Positions 27,217 to 38,245 of a stretch of 64,000 nt of DNA are shown piece after piece. The notes under the pieces were generated by a model. It was given only the letters and a program-made list of their open reading frames with translations. It was not told where the DNA came from and did not search any database. Numbering within the stretch: the stretch's first letter is position 1; the number at the start of each line of letters is the position of its first letter. Both the position numbers and the translations under genes were made by a program. The DNA lies in contig CAYZSL010000002.1 of the NCBI GenBank assembly GCA_964481125.1, positions 24,597 through 88,596 of the forward strand, in the 5' to 3' direction. The stretch comes from an uncultured Candidatus Saccharibacteria bacterium (GTDB lineage: Bacteria; Patescibacteriota; Minisyncoccia; Minisyncoccales; RBG-13-42-11).

Positions 27217-27886
27217 TTCTATGTATGATAATAACAAACTCTCCTTTTATTTTATCATTTTGAACGTCTTTTATCACTTTTTCGACGTTTCCCCGGTAAA
27301 CCGTTTCGAATTTCTTGGTTAGCTCGCGACAAACCACTACCCTCAATCCTTTATTCATGTTTTTTAATTCTTCCAATGTTTTTATAATCCTGTAGGGAGA
27401 TTCATATAATATTACCGGATATTTTGAGCTGACCGCCTCTTCAAAAAACTTCTTTCTCTTGTTTTTCACTGGCGGAAAGCCCAAAAATAAGAATCTATCA
27501 GTCGGAAACCCGGAAACCGAAGCAGCTGCAATCACAGCTGAAGCTCCGGGGATGGGAACGATTTTCACCTTATCTCCTAAGTTTTTTGCTACTTCATCAA
27601 TCAATAAATTTCCTGGATCAGAAATGCCAGGAGTCCCAGCATCCGAAACAAGAGCTAAGTTCCTGCCTACCTTTAATAAATCAATAATGTAATCTGTTTT
27701 ATTAAGTTTTGAATGCTGGTGATAGCTTATTGTTTGTTTTTTAATGCCACATGAATCCAATAATATTTTGGTTTTCCTGGTGTCTTCGCACAAAATTAAA
27801 TCAACCTCCGATAAAATGCGGAGGGCTCTTTTTGAAACGTCTTCTAAATTCCCGATGGGAGTAGCAATAATGTAAAGAAATGCCAT
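27206..27886 (-). CDS. rsmI: 16S rRNA (cytidine1402-2'-O)-methyltransferase
   Basis: Tetrapyrrole-methylase fold with N-terminal YIIATPIGNLED. Confidence 0.8.
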   Translation of the reverse strand: MAFLYIIATPIGNLEDVSKRALRILSEVDLILCEDTRKTKILLDSCGIKKQTISYHQHSKLNKTDYIIDLLKVGRNLALVSDAGTPGISDPGNLLIDEVAKNLGDKVKIVPIPGASAVIAAASVSGFPTDRFLFLGFPPVKNKRKKFFEEAVSSKYPVILYESPYRIIKTLEELKNMNKGLRVVVCRELTKKFETVYRGNVEKVIKDVQNDKIKGEFVIIIHRNEK

Positions 27887-27887
27887 T

Positions 27888-28925
27888 TTATGCAACCGCT
27901 TCTTCTGAACTTATGCGGTCTTTTCTTTTTTTGAAAAAATCACTGATAAATTCAAAAAAGATTCCGGCCAAAGGAATTGCTAGGATAGCGCCCAATAATC
28001 CCCAAAGCTGTCCGCCAATCAATAAAGCGATTAAAACCAAAACTGGCGGCAATCCGATGAATTTCTTGCTCAAAATCGGAGTAAGAATATTTCCTTCTAT
28101 CTGCTGGATCAGAAAGAAAACAATCAGAATGAATATGGCTTTTAACCAGTCATCCAAGAAAACCAAAATAGCAATTACTCCTCCAGCCAATACCGGACCA
28201 ATAATGGGAATAATGTTGGTAATGCCGGCAAACAAACCCAAACTGAAAGCGTAATCAATCTTAAACAACTTCAAAGCGAGAAAAGAAGCCAAACCCACAA
28301 AAAAGCAGCATAAAACCCTTGTACCGAACCATCCAGAAATCTTCTGCTGAGATCTTTCCCAAACGCTTACTGCATAATCCTCGTTTTTCTTTGGGAAAAG
28401 AAGCCTGATCGCTCTTTCTGCCCATCTGCCTTCCAGGGAAAAGAAAAAAGCAAGGGAAAAAATGGTAAAAGCAGAAAAGATTCCACCAAAAACAGCTGAC
28501 AAGGCGGTGAAAATATTCGAAGAAGCTCCCAGTAACCAATTTTCAACAGCAACAATGAAACTTTCAAAATTTTCAAAAGCTCCTATGCCCAGCCATTTTA
28601 AAGGTGGAGTTATCTTTTCGAAATATTCTGAAAACATCTCAGCAAATTGCCTGATTTCAGGGATAAAAGACAAAGATATCAAATATATTGATCCTCCAAA
28701 AAAGCCGAAAATCAAAACATAAACTAAGCCAGTAGCCAGAACGCGGTGAACTTTTCTCCTTTGCAGGAAATCTATTGCCGGATTGAACAAAACCGAAATG
28801 ATCAAAGCGAAAATGATCAAAATCAAAATATCCCTGATTTCATAAAGGAGATAAATGATAAGGGCAGCCAAAGCAACCTTTAAAATGCTCCTCCAGGAAA
28901 TATCCAATAGTTTTTCGCTGTTCAT
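27888..28925 (-). CDS. AI-2E family transporter (UPF0118/PerM-like membrane protein)
   Basis: 345 aa, 7-8 TM helices, AI-2E-like conserved C-terminal TM block. Confidence 0.7.
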   Translation of the reverse strand: MNSEKLLDISWRSILKVALAALIIYLLYEIRDILILIIFALIISVLFNPAIDFLQRRKVHRVLATGLVYVLIFGFFGGSIYLISLSFIPEIRQFAEMFSEYFEKITPPLKWLGIGAFENFESFIVAVENWLLGASSNIFTALSAVFGGIFSAFTIFSLAFFFSLEGRWAERAIRLLFPKKNEDYAVSVWERSQQKISGWFGTRVLCCFFVGLASFLALKLFKIDYAFSLGLFAGITNIIPIIGPVLAGGVIAILVFLDDWLKAIFILIVFFLIQQIEGNILTPILSKKFIGLPPVLVLIALLIGGQLWGLLGAILAIPLAGIFFEFISDFFKKRKDRISSEEAVA

Positions 28926-30190
28926 AATTTTAGCAACTTTTGAAATTTTTCTTTGTCCTTGAATGGGCCGATTAAAGCTAAATTAAGCTTATCATTCCTG
29001 AAAATCTCTTTGGCTACTTTCAGAATATCATTCTGACTGACTTTATCAATCATTTGACATTGTTTTTCCGGAGTATCAATCTTGCCCTTTAATATTTCCT
29101 GTTCGCCAAAATATGTTGCCCAAGCTTCAGAAGTTTCTAACCCCAAATAAAGATGACCTTTTATATTGTCTTTGGCTTTTTGAAGCTCTGCTTTTGATAC
29201 TTTTTTTTCTTTCAGTTTCCGGTATTCCTTAATAATAACTTTAATTGCATCTACTGTTCTTTTATTGTCGAGTCCGGCATGAGTAATTAGATATCCTGAA
29301 TCAGTATATGCTTCAGCCATTGCTCTAACATGGTAAGCCATGCCCCTCTTTTCCCTGATTTCGGTAAAAAGCCTGGAACTCATATTCCCGCCCAAAAGAT
29401 TGGCCAATACCGCTAAAGGATATCTTTTTTGAGAAAAAATATTATAAGCTCTCACGCCCAAAACTAAGTGAGTCTGATCTGTCTCTTTTGTTTGAATAAG
29501 AACTTGCGGAGTTTTTTGCTTTTCAACTACGGGTTTCTTTAATAAAGTTTTATTCTTTTTAAATTTACCGAAAAACTTCTTTAATTTAAAAATTGCTTCT
29601 TTTTCTGAAAAATTTCCGGCCAAAACAATAACTGCATTCTTTGCGCTGAATTGATTTCTGGAATATTTTATTACGTCTTCTCGAGAGATTTGCCTTAGTG
29701 TTTCTTTTTCTCCTGAAATCATCCAGCCAGCCGGCTGATCTCCATATAAAAGTTTTTCCCAGAGCTCTAAAATATATGTCTGAGGCATATCAAAATACAT
29801 GTTAATTTCTTCAATAATTGTCTTCTTTTCCTTTTCAATGGCTTTCTCTTTAATAAGTGGATTAAAAATCATATCTGAAATAATATCGCAAGAAAGTTCA
29901 AGATGCTTTGAATCAACTTTTGTCCAAAAACCCATTAATTCCTTACTGGTATAAGCATTAATAATGCCGCCAACTTTATCTATCTCTTTGGCAATATCTG
30001 TGGGATTTGGCCGTTTCTTTGTCCCCTTAAAAACTATGTGTTCCAAAAAATGAGAAATGCCGTTAATTTTCTTGGTTTCATATTTTGTTCCAGCGCCAAA
30101 TAAAACAAGCAAGGTCAAAGCCCGCGTATTTTCCATCGGATAAGTAATAATGCGTAATCCGTTCTTTAAAACGGTTTTCTTTAAAGCCAT
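28922..30190 (-). CDS. M16 family zinc peptidase (insulinase-like)
   Basis: 422 aa. Inverted zinc motif HFLEH..E. Confidence 0.75.
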   Translation of the reverse strand: MALKKTVLKNGLRIITYPMENTRALTLLVLFGAGTKYETKKINGISHFLEHIVFKGTKKRPNPTDIAKEIDKVGGIINAYTSKELMGFWTKVDSKHLELSCDIISDMIFNPLIKEKAIEKEKKTIIEEINMYFDMPQTYILELWEKLLYGDQPAGWMISGEKETLRQISREDVIKYSRNQFSAKNAVIVLAGNFSEKEAIFKLKKFFGKFKKNKTLLKKPVVEKQKTPQVLIQTKETDQTHLVLGVRAYNIFSQKRYPLAVLANLLGGNMSSRLFTEIREKRGMAYHVRAMAEAYTDSGYLITHAGLDNKRTVDAIKVIIKEYRKLKEKKVSKAELQKAKDNIKGHLYLGLETSEAWATYFGEQEILKGKIDTPEKQCQMIDKVSQNDILKVAKEIFRNDKLNLALIGPFKDKEKFQKLLKL

Positions 30191-30196
30191 AAAAAG

Positions 30197-31555
30197 TTAT
30201 TTTCCCAGTTTATTCTTAAAAAGCTCAACCAACTCTTTTGTTTTTACTCTTTCCTGTTCCATGGTGTCCCTGTCGCGGACAGTCACATCGTCTTTTTCCA
30301 AAGTGTCAAAATCAACAGTCACTGACCATAGGGTCCCTATTTCGTCCTGCCTGCGATATCTTCTGCCTATTGAACCGACCTCGTCGTACTGGCAGACAAA
30401 ATGGATTTTAAGCAATTCAAACAATTCTTTTGCTTTATCGGTCAATTGCGCTTTATTCTTAACTAAAGGAAAAACAGCTATCTTGACCGGAGCCAAGCTT
30501 TTATCCAATTTAAGAGTCACTTCCATTTCTTTTGTTGATTCTGTTGTTTTCGTTCTGCCGCCTTTTGTTTCAGAATATGCATTAACCAAGAAAGTCAAAA
30601 AGCTTCTGTCAGCGCCGGCTGAAGTTTCAATAATATAAGGATAATATTTTTCTTTGGTTTCTTCGTCAAAATACCGCAAATCCTGCTTGGAATGTTTTGC
30701 GTGGTTAGATAGATCCCAATCTCCCCTGTTGTGGATTCCTTCAATTTCTTTCCAGCCGAAAGGAAATTTGTATTCAATATCAACCGCTCTTTTGGCATAA
30801 TGCGCCAGATCTGATTTTTCTACTTCTCTAAAGCGTAAATTATCCTTTTTCACTCCCAGTTTTAAATACCAATCCATTCTTGATTTTTTCCAATCTTCAA
30901 AGAATTTGTCAGCTTTTTTCGGATAGCAAAACCACTGCATTTCCATTTGTTCAAATTCTCGAGTTCGGTAAACGAAGTTGCCTGGAGTAATCTCATTTCT
31001 AAAAGCTTTACCAACTTGAGCTATACCAAAAGGAATTTTCAAACGCATTGAATTTAAAACATTGAGAAAGTTCAAATATATCCCCTGGCAGGTTTCCGCT
31101 CTCAAATAGGTGGTGGCTGCTTCATTTTCAAGAGAACCAACGAAAGTTTTCATCATTAAATTGAATTTCTTTGCTTCTGTCAGTCCGCCACCGCATTCTG
31201 GACACTTTTTCTCTTCAATCGCATCAAGACGAAATCTCTTGTGGCATTTTTTGCATTCAACCAGCTCGTCGGCAAACCCAGCACTCAAATGGCCTGATGC
31301 CTGCCAAACTTGAGGAGACATTAAAATTGCTGCATCCAAACCGACAATATTCTCCTGCTTTTTTGTCATCTCATCCCACCAAGCTTTCTTGATATTATTC
31401 TTCATTTCAACGCCCAAAGGCCCGAAATCGTAGCAAGAACCAAAACCGCCGTAAATCTCTGAAGATTGAAAGATAAAACCACGCCTCTTGGTCAATGAAA
31501 TGATTTTTTCCAAAAGATTCTCCATATTAGCGAATAATGCTCTTTTCATAGCCAA
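30197..31555 (-). CDS. glyQS: glycyl-tRNA synthetase, alpha2 (archaeal/eukaryal-like) type
   Basis: 452 aa. Class II motifs with an internal Zn-like CxxC..CPEC insertion. Single-chain GlyRS. Confidence 0.85.
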   Translation of the reverse strand: MAMKRALFANMENLLEKIISLTKRRGFIFQSSEIYGGFGSCYDFGPLGVEMKNNIKKAWWDEMTKKQENIVGLDAAILMSPQVWQASGHLSAGFADELVECKKCHKRFRLDAIEEKKCPECGGGLTEAKKFNLMMKTFVGSLENEAATTYLRAETCQGIYLNFLNVLNSMRLKIPFGIAQVGKAFRNEITPGNFVYRTREFEQMEMQWFCYPKKADKFFEDWKKSRMDWYLKLGVKKDNLRFREVEKSDLAHYAKRAVDIEYKFPFGWKEIEGIHNRGDWDLSNHAKHSKQDLRYFDEETKEKYYPYIIETSAGADRSFLTFLVNAYSETKGGRTKTTESTKEMEVTLKLDKSLAPVKIAVFPLVKNKAQLTDKAKELFELLKIHFVCQYDEVGSIGRRYRRQDEIGTLWSVTVDFDTLEKDDVTVRDRDTMEQERVKTKELVELFKNKLGK

Positions 31556-33203
31556 CGCTTGAATCGTCCGGCAAACTAGTATTAATTGAAGGGCTGGTAG
31601 TCTGCAAGGTTTCGCCAGTCCACTGGTCTTGGCCGCTGATTCTTGCTTCGTTAATCAAGACAGGTGTCTGGCCTATTTGGCTTGAATCCGGCCAAAAGGA
31701 AATCTGGAATGAAATACTTGGCGCTTGATTCAAAATTCCCTGGCCGGCCGATAGATCTCCGATGTTCCAAACTATTTCCCTGGATTGGGAATCAAAAGTG
31801 AAATTGTTTTTTTGCTCTTCCGGAAACATCTTGCCCGTCAAACTGACATTGCTGGGTAAAGTGGCTTTAACCTTAACGTCTTTTAAATCATTGTAATAAT
31901 TCTTAACCTGCCAGGAGATTGTGTAGGTAGTTGATTGTCCTACAGTCGGCGGAAGAGGGCCTGAGTTTCCAAAAACCTCATCGTTAAAATACCCTTTTTG
32001 GAAAACAGCCAGTTTTGAATTAACCTTGTTGGTAAATATTTCTTTGACCTGACTCAAGAATATCGTTGAAGCAATCTGCGGATTTGCCTCTGACAGGCTT
32101 TTAATTTCCTGGGAGTCTTTCAATTTTATCCAGAATTCAACCTTGCCTTCTTCCTGCGGATGCAAGAACTGAAGCTTGCTTACTCTTCTCCAATCCCAAA
32201 TTATGGAATTATCTCCCGAAGTGAAATCGCCGTCCAAAGTCTTGGTAGTGGCAAAATCAAACGAAGAGCCGTTTAAAGTAACCAGCATAAACATATCGTT
32301 CAAAGCTTCCTCGCCAATATTCTTGAAGAAAATCTCATAATGGAGCAAATCGCCCGGGTTAGCGACAAGCTTCGGATTACCGTTGATTTCCTGAGTGATG
32401 TACAAAGTAGGCTTAATAATAGATATTCCTTTTGACACATCCCTCAAGATAATGAAGTTGCCGTCTTTCCAGCTGCCTAACTTCGCCCTAAAAATCTTTT
32501 CTTCTCCGATCGTGCCGGAAAGCTTGCCTGAAATTTGGATTCTGCCTCCCTGGGTTTTATTCAAAAGGCCGATTTCCCATTCTGTTTTTTCCAGAGACTT
32601 GGGGGTAGAATCGACAAACTCAAATCCCAAAGGATATTCAACCATTATCCTCAAGTCGGAAAGCGGATAATCGATATTCGAAAAATAATTCAAATTAAGG
32701 CTGAATGTTTTTCCCGATTCAACTTTTGCCGGCAAATCAAATTCTAAATTGAGAGGGATTTTTTTGATTATTGTCGTGAATGAAGTTTTTGATGTATAGC
32801 GGGCTCTTAAATTCTTGGGAGAATAGCTTAAGGAAACCTTAGCTTCCTTAACTTCTCCTTCCTTACCCATAAGCCTTCCTTTAAAAATGAAAGTTTTTTC
32901 CTGGCCCGGGTAAATCGCTCCCCCCAGTTCTTCTGACTTTTTAACCACTCTTAAGGAGGTATAATCTGTGGGTACAGCATACTCAGGATAATCAAAAATT
33001 AACTCGGGTTCTTCCAAATTAACATTCCCGTTGTTCTTGTATTTGACAACGTATTCAATCTCCTGAAGCAATTCTGTTTCTTCCGGCCCCAAAATCTCAA
33101 GCTTCAAGACTTCTTTTGAATAAACGTTTCTCTGATAATAATAAAAACCGATAATCCCGACGACTACCGCTAAAACGATGATAAAAATAGTAAGTTTTCT
33201 CAT
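31527..33203 (-). CDS. N-terminally anchored large extracellular protein (hypothetical, beta-rich)
   Basis: 558 aa. Single N-terminal TM helix, then beta-strand-rich repeats. No recognisable catalytic motif. Confidence 0.5.
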   Translation of the reverse strand: MRKLTIFIIVLAVVVGIIGFYYYQRNVYSKEVLKLEILGPEETELLQEIEYVVKYKNNGNVNLEEPELIFDYPEYAVPTDYTSLRVVKKSEELGGAIYPGQEKTFIFKGRLMGKEGEVKEAKVSLSYSPKNLRARYTSKTSFTTIIKKIPLNLEFDLPAKVESGKTFSLNLNYFSNIDYPLSDLRIMVEYPLGFEFVDSTPKSLEKTEWEIGLLNKTQGGRIQISGKLSGTIGEEKIFRAKLGSWKDGNFIILRDVSKGISIIKPTLYITQEINGNPKLVANPGDLLHYEIFFKNIGEEALNDMFMLVTLNGSSFDFATTKTLDGDFTSGDNSIIWDWRRVSKLQFLHPQEEGKVEFWIKLKDSQEIKSLSEANPQIASTIFLSQVKEIFTNKVNSKLAVFQKGYFNDEVFGNSGPLPPTVGQSTTYTISWQVKNYYNDLKDVKVKATLPSNVSLTGKMFPEEQKNNFTFDSQSREIVWNIGDLSAGQGILNQAPSISFQISFWPDSSQIGQTPVLINEARISGQDQWTGETLQTTSPSINTSLPDDSSVGYEKSIIR

Positions 33204-33222
33204 ATGTAATTATATTAGCAAA

Positions 33223-33951
33223 TTATTGGGTTTCCCTCAAAATCTCGGAAAAATAATAATTGGATATTTCCTTTAACGAATCTAAATCTTCTTTTTCGAC
33301 TTTTAATCTTGGCAAAGCTGATAAGTCCTTTTTTAACAAAATTCTGATTAATTTTATGGCGTTCAAGCTTATCGGATTTTCCAGTTTTTCAGCTTTACTG
33401 CAATTATTGCAGATTAATCCTCCTTTTTTAAAACTAAAATAGATTTTCTCTGGAATTAGTTTCTTATCACAAGAAGCGCAACGATAAAATTCAATCTGAT
33501 AGCCCAATAAAGAAAGAAAATTCCAAAGGAAATAATGGTAAACGAGATTCCTTGTTTCAGTTTTAATTTTTATATCATTCAGTTTTTCAAAAGTTTCTCC
33601 AAACAATTGCCAAAGTTTTTCATCCGGTTCCTGGCCTTTTAATAAGCTATTTGAAACTTCGGCAATTTGGGAAGCAATAGTTACAGATTTTAAACTTTTT
33701 CTTAAATTGCCGAAACTTTCAATCAAAATAGCATCAGTCAAAGTTTTATAGGCTTTGCCCTGGATAAACTCAACCTCTGAAAGATAAAATAATTCTAAGC
33801 CAGATCTTAACTTTGATGTAATCTTCCTTTCCGCTCTGGCTAATAACTCCAATTTACCAAAATCTTTAGTAAAAAAAGTGAAAAGGCGATCAGCTTCTCC
33901 GACATCTTTCTTTTTTAAAATGAATCCTTGGGTCCGATAATGGATGAACAT
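33223..33951 (-). CDS. recO: DNA repair protein RecO
   Basis: 242 aa. N-terminal OB-fold region and C-terminal CxxC..CxxC zinc motif (CASCDKK..CNNC). Confidence 0.7.
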   Translation of the reverse strand: MFIHYRTQGFILKKKDVGEADRLFTFFTKDFGKLELLARAERKITSKLRSGLELFYLSEVEFIQGKAYKTLTDAILIESFGNLRKSLKSVTIASQIAEVSNSLLKGQEPDEKLWQLFGETFEKLNDIKIKTETRNLVYHYFLWNFLSLLGYQIEFYRCASCDKKLIPEKIYFSFKKGGLICNNCSKAEKLENPISLNAIKLIRILLKKDLSALPRLKVEKEDLDSLKEISNYYFSEILRETQ

Positions 33952-34773
33952 TTAAAGTTTCTCGATAACTTTTTCAAAAGAATCCAAACGCTCTTTCAAT
34001 TTGGAATGCAACTGATGTTCCTTAAGCTCCTTTATCTGTTTTTTGATTGAATCGATAAAACTGTAAAATGACTCTTCTCGTCTTTCTGGGTTATCTAAAT
34101 TGTTTTTTATTTCTTCTTCTGACATAGAAAGATAAAAAATCGGCATATGTTCAATTTTTCCCTTCTTTAACTCCATCTTGCCTGCTTTTTTCTCGAAAAA
34201 AATGCCGTATGCAAGATCAGCTCCTTTTCCCTCAAGATTTTTTTTAGAAACTTCTTCCTTTTTCTCTTCAAATATTTCTCCGCTATCGGCTCCAACTTCA
34301 TCAAAAGCACAAACTATATTTCCAGTTTCCCTTTCTAAAATGATGTTGTCTACGTTGTTCTTTAAATCATCGTATTCTGAGGTTCTGGTTACGATAAAAT
34401 CTTTTCCTAATTTTTCTTGGAAGATAGAGGTTTTTAACATTTCAAAAATCTCGCCCATAGGTGTTTCTTTTAATACCTCTTTTTTTGGAAACGCCCAAGA
34501 CGACTTACTTCCACTCATGGCTTTAGCTTTAAAATACGCCTTCAAATCCTTAACATATTTTCGACATGATTCAATAAAGTCTTTGCTATAAACGCCTCCA
34601 AATTCGTTAATATTAATCCTGAGTCTTTCATCGACCGGAACTCCCTCTTCCCTTAATTCCAAAAACCTTTCCCTAATATCTCCTTTTAATATTTCCAGAC
34701 CATCTTTTTTAACTTCCTTTTGTTCCGGCTGCACCTCCCCTTGTCTTATAGGCTGTGGTTCTCTTTCCAACAT
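33952..34773 (-). CDS. hypothetical protein (charged, K/E-rich)
   Basis: Start trimmed to MLEREPQ so that it does not overlap the ileS stop; no recognisable domain. Confidence 0.45.
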   Translation of the reverse strand: MLEREPQPIRQGEVQPEQKEVKKDGLEILKGDIRERFLELREEGVPVDERLRININEFGGVYSKDFIESCRKYVKDLKAYFKAKAMSGSKSSWAFPKKEVLKETPMGEIFEMLKTSIFQEKLGKDFIVTRTSEYDDLKNNVDNIILERETGNIVCAFDEVGADSGEIFEEKKEEVSKKNLEGKGADLAYGIFFEKKAGKMELKKGKIEHMPIFYLSMSEEEIKNNLDNPERREESFYSFIDSIKKQIKELKEHQLHSKLKERLDSFEKVIEKL

Positions 34774-34774
34774 A

Positions 34775-37648
34775 TTATATTTTTTTAATTGCCAGTAATA
34801 TATTCTGCCCGCCAATTGCAACTTCTTTTTCCATATCAAAACCTTCTTGTGCCTCTCCTGAAATCAAATCTTTTACCCTAGCTTCCTTTAAAATAAAATC
34901 CCTATTTTTAGCTAAAATATTACCCAGTTCGCCACTGCCAGAATAGCTTACCAAGATTTCATCTTTTGGTTTTAAGCCAGCTTTCTTTCTCATTTCCTGG
35001 ATATTCCTGATCAATTCTCTGACTGTTCCTTCTTCTTTCAGTTCTGCGCTAATCTCAATATCTAACTCCACTTCTTTCTTTATTTTATTATCAAAAACCA
35101 CTTCTTTTACATTTACCTCCTCTTTTATCAAATCCAGCAATTCTGAATCAAATTTTAGTTTCACATTTTTCACTTTTAAACTCTGTAAAGGCTGCCTTGT
35201 TTTTATTCCAGATGCTGATCTTTCTGCCAAAGCCAAGGCAACTATTTCTCTGGTTTTCTGCATTTTCTCTTCAAGCTCCTTATTAATAGATTTTTTATTA
35301 ACTCCCGGCCATTCGATTAAATGAACTGATTCTGGCATTCCGTCTTTCTTGAACTTCTGGTAGTTTTCTTCGGCAAAAAACGGCATTATCGGAGCAATAA
35401 GATTCAATAAATTAACAATAACGCAGTAAAGGGTTTGAGAAGCTTCTCTTTTCTCTTCAGGATTATCGGGTTTTTGGAAACGCTTTCTCGATCTGCGAAT
35501 ATACCATAAAGACAAATCGTTTATAAAGAAATCTTCAATCGCCAAAGCAGCTGACATTACATTATAATCATCCAAATCCTTTGTTATTTTAGCTATTAAA
35601 CTGTTTAACCGGGAAAAAATCCAAAGATCTAAACAATTCTTACTTTCAACAATATTTGTTTTATCAGGATATTCTTCCGGAGAAACGTAGGTAGTAAAGA
35701 ATTCAATGGAATTGTGCAAAGTCAATAATTTCCTTTTTGTTTCTTCGGCAAGCTTGTAGCCGAAATTAAGATTATAAGCCGGATTTTGCTTGGCATACAG
35801 CCATCTCATGGGGTCTGCTCCTATTTTCTCAACCGCCTCGTCAAACCAAATGGCATTACCCTTGGATTTGTGCATCTCTTCACCCTTTTCATCACGAACC
35901 AACGCGTATCCGAAAATCGTCCTTGTCGGATTTTTCTTTTCCAAAACCATGCTCATAACGATCAAAGAATAGAACCAGTTTTTGAATTGGCCAGGGAAAG
36001 ACTCGCAAATCAAATCAGCTGGAAACCATTTTTTCCAATAATTCTTGTCAGTGGAATATCCCATGGTGGAAAAAGAAACAATTCCAGCATCCAGCCACGG
36101 ACTGCCGACGTCAGGAATGCGGGAAATTAATTTGCCACATCGCGAACATTTGATTTTAACTTTATCCACCCATGGCCGATGAGGAGAATTTCCCTCAAAA
36201 TCCTGCCAGCCTTCAACCGCTCTTTTTTTCAATTCTTCTTTTGAACCGATAACTTCAAAATGTCCGCAGGAACATTCAAAAATCGGCAAAGCCAATCCCC
36301 AATATCTTTTTTTGGAAATCAGCCAGTCCTGCATATTCTTTAACCAATCCAGCTCCCTTTCCAGACCGAAAGAAGGCAGCCATTTTATCTTTTTAACTAT
36401 ATTCATCAGCGGCTTTCTCAGTTTCTCCATGGAAATATACCATTCATCAACCAAACGGAATATCAAATCTTCCTTGCAACGCCAACAGGTCGGATACCGG
36501 TGTTTGTAATCTTCAATCCTGTAAACAACATTCTTATTTCTTAAATTATCAAAAACCATTTCATTAACTTCTGCTGCCAGATTTCCGGTTAAAAATCCGA
36601 AGCCTTCTTTATATCTGCTTTCATCATCCAAAGGATCGATAACAGGAAGATTGAATTTCTTGCCGAGCTGAAAATCCTCTTGGCCGCAACCAGGAGCAAT
36701 ATGGACGATACCTGTTCCTTCTTCCTCTGAAACTTCGTCCCAAAATATAACTTTATGTTTGAAATCGCCTAAAGTCTCTTTAACTGCCGGCAGTTCATCA
36801 AACATTCCCCCATATTCCAACCCTTCCAAATCTTTTCCCGAAAACTCTCTGATTATTTCTAAATTACCGAAAATTCCTGCTTTATCTTTTTGCAAAATGA
36901 GAATCTCATTGTCTTCGCTTTTAATTTCGGTATAAATCAATTTCGGATTTACAGCCACCACCACATTAGCTGGCAACGTCCATGGAGTAGTTGTCCAAAC
37001 CAAAAGATATGTCTTTTCCCGACCGATAACAGGCAGCTTAACGAAAACTGATTTATGGATGATTTCCTGATATTCTTCCGTCAGAATCTCATGCTGGGAA
37101 ATGGCTGTGCCGCAGCGAATGCACCAGGGCACAACGTCTCTTCCCTTATAAAGCAGTCCGTCTTTCCAACATTTCTTTAAAAAATTCCAAATAGCGTAGT
37201 TGTTCTCGTCAGACATGGTGTAATATGAATTGTCCCAATCCATCCACTGGCCCAATCTAACAGACTGTTCTGTTTGGATTTTGGAATATTTTCTGACCCT
37301 TTCTTTGCACTTATTGACGAAATTAGCTATGCCGTATTTTTCAATATCTTTTTTGTTTTTGAAGCCCAACTCTTTTTCCACCTCTACTTCAACCCAAAGG
37401 CCCTGGCAGTCAAAGCCGTTCTGAAACCTCTGGTCAAACCCTTGGAAAGCTTTATATCTTTGAAAAACGTCCTTGTAAGTCCTTCCCCAGGCATGATGGA
37501 CTCCCATGGGATTATTGGCAGTTATCGGACCGTCCAAAAAAGACCAGCGTTTTTTATCCTGGTTTTTCTCTCTCAGTTTTTCAAAAATCCTATTCTCCTG
37601 CCAAAACTTTAATATCTTTTGCTCTATTTGAGGAAAATTTAATTCCAT
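34775..37648 (-). CDS. ileS: isoleucyl-tRNA synthetase
   Basis: 957 aa. HIGH-type PMGVHHAWG, KMSKS variant EMHKSKGN, editing domain, and C-terminal Zn-binding Cys pairs. Confidence 0.9.
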   Translation of the reverse strand: MELNFPQIEQKILKFWQENRIFEKLREKNQDKKRWSFLDGPITANNPMGVHHAWGRTYKDVFQRYKAFQGFDQRFQNGFDCQGLWVEVEVEKELGFKNKKDIEKYGIANFVNKCKERVRKYSKIQTEQSVRLGQWMDWDNSYYTMSDENNYAIWNFLKKCWKDGLLYKGRDVVPWCIRCGTAISQHEILTEEYQEIIHKSVFVKLPVIGREKTYLLVWTTTPWTLPANVVVAVNPKLIYTEIKSEDNEILILQKDKAGIFGNLEIIREFSGKDLEGLEYGGMFDELPAVKETLGDFKHKVIFWDEVSEEEGTGIVHIAPGCGQEDFQLGKKFNLPVIDPLDDESRYKEGFGFLTGNLAAEVNEMVFDNLRNKNVVYRIEDYKHRYPTCWRCKEDLIFRLVDEWYISMEKLRKPLMNIVKKIKWLPSFGLERELDWLKNMQDWLISKKRYWGLALPIFECSCGHFEVIGSKEELKKRAVEGWQDFEGNSPHRPWVDKVKIKCSRCGKLISRIPDVGSPWLDAGIVSFSTMGYSTDKNYWKKWFPADLICESFPGQFKNWFYSLIVMSMVLEKKNPTRTIFGYALVRDEKGEEMHKSKGNAIWFDEAVEKIGADPMRWLYAKQNPAYNLNFGYKLAEETKRKLLTLHNSIEFFTTYVSPEEYPDKTNIVESKNCLDLWIFSRLNSLIAKITKDLDDYNVMSAALAIEDFFINDLSLWYIRRSRKRFQKPDNPEEKREASQTLYCVIVNLLNLIAPIMPFFAEENYQKFKKDGMPESVHLIEWPGVNKKSINKELEEKMQKTREIVALALAERSASGIKTRQPLQSLKVKNVKLKFDSELLDLIKEEVNVKEVVFDNKIKKEVELDIEISAELKEEGTVRELIRNIQEMRKKAGLKPKDEILVSYSGSGELGNILAKNRDFILKEARVKDLISGEAQEGFDMEKEVAIGGQNILLAIKKI

Positions 37649-37653
37649 ATCAA

Positions 37654-38241
37654 TTACAATTTTCTAAATTCTCCGGTTTTTACTTCTTTTTTGCCGACTA
37701 TTATTTTAACAAGCTTTTTCAAAGAATATTTCTTCACTACTTTTTCAAAAAGAGTCAACGGCCGCTGATGGCTAACAACTAGAATATTCTTACCTTTATA
37801 TTTCTTTTCCATTTCTTTAAAAAAACTGCGCAATCTCGATTCAATATCTACATAGGTTTCCCCGCCGGGGGTCAGCAAAACATACCTATTTCTGTAATAT
37901 TGCAAAGCCGTTAATTTCTTCCCTTGTTTCCAGAAAGCTCCAAAGTCTTTAAACGACATTCCGTTAAAAATACCCAAACCGATCTCTCTTAATCTTTTAT
38001 CTAAGTAAGGTTTCAATCCTAATTCCTTGCCTACGATTTCAGCAGTTTGTTTCGCTCTTAAAATGTCAGAGGTAAAAATCAAATCTATTTTTTTGCTTTT
38101 CAAATCTTTTCCGGCTTTTACTGCTTGTTTCTTGCCCTTTTTAGTTAAAGGAACTTTTCTTTTTTCCGGCCAGCAAGATTCAAAATCTTTTACATTTTTC
38201 AAAGATTCCCCGTGCCGTAAAAGAAAATAACGATTATTCAT
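37654..38241 (-). CDS. histidine phosphatase family protein (phosphoglycerate-mutase-like)
   Basis: 195 aa. LLRHGES catalytic motif. Confidence 0.7.
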   Translation of the reverse strand: MNNRYFLLRHGESLKNVKDFESCWPEKRKVPLTKKGKKQAVKAGKDLKSKKIDLIFTSDILRAKQTAEIVGKELGLKPYLDKRLREIGLGIFNGMSFKDFGAFWKQGKKLTALQYYRNRYVLLTPGGETYVDIESRLRSFFKEMEKKYKGKNILVVSHQRPLTLFEKVVKKYSLKKLVKIIVGKKEVKTGEFRKL

Positions 38242-38245
38242 ATAA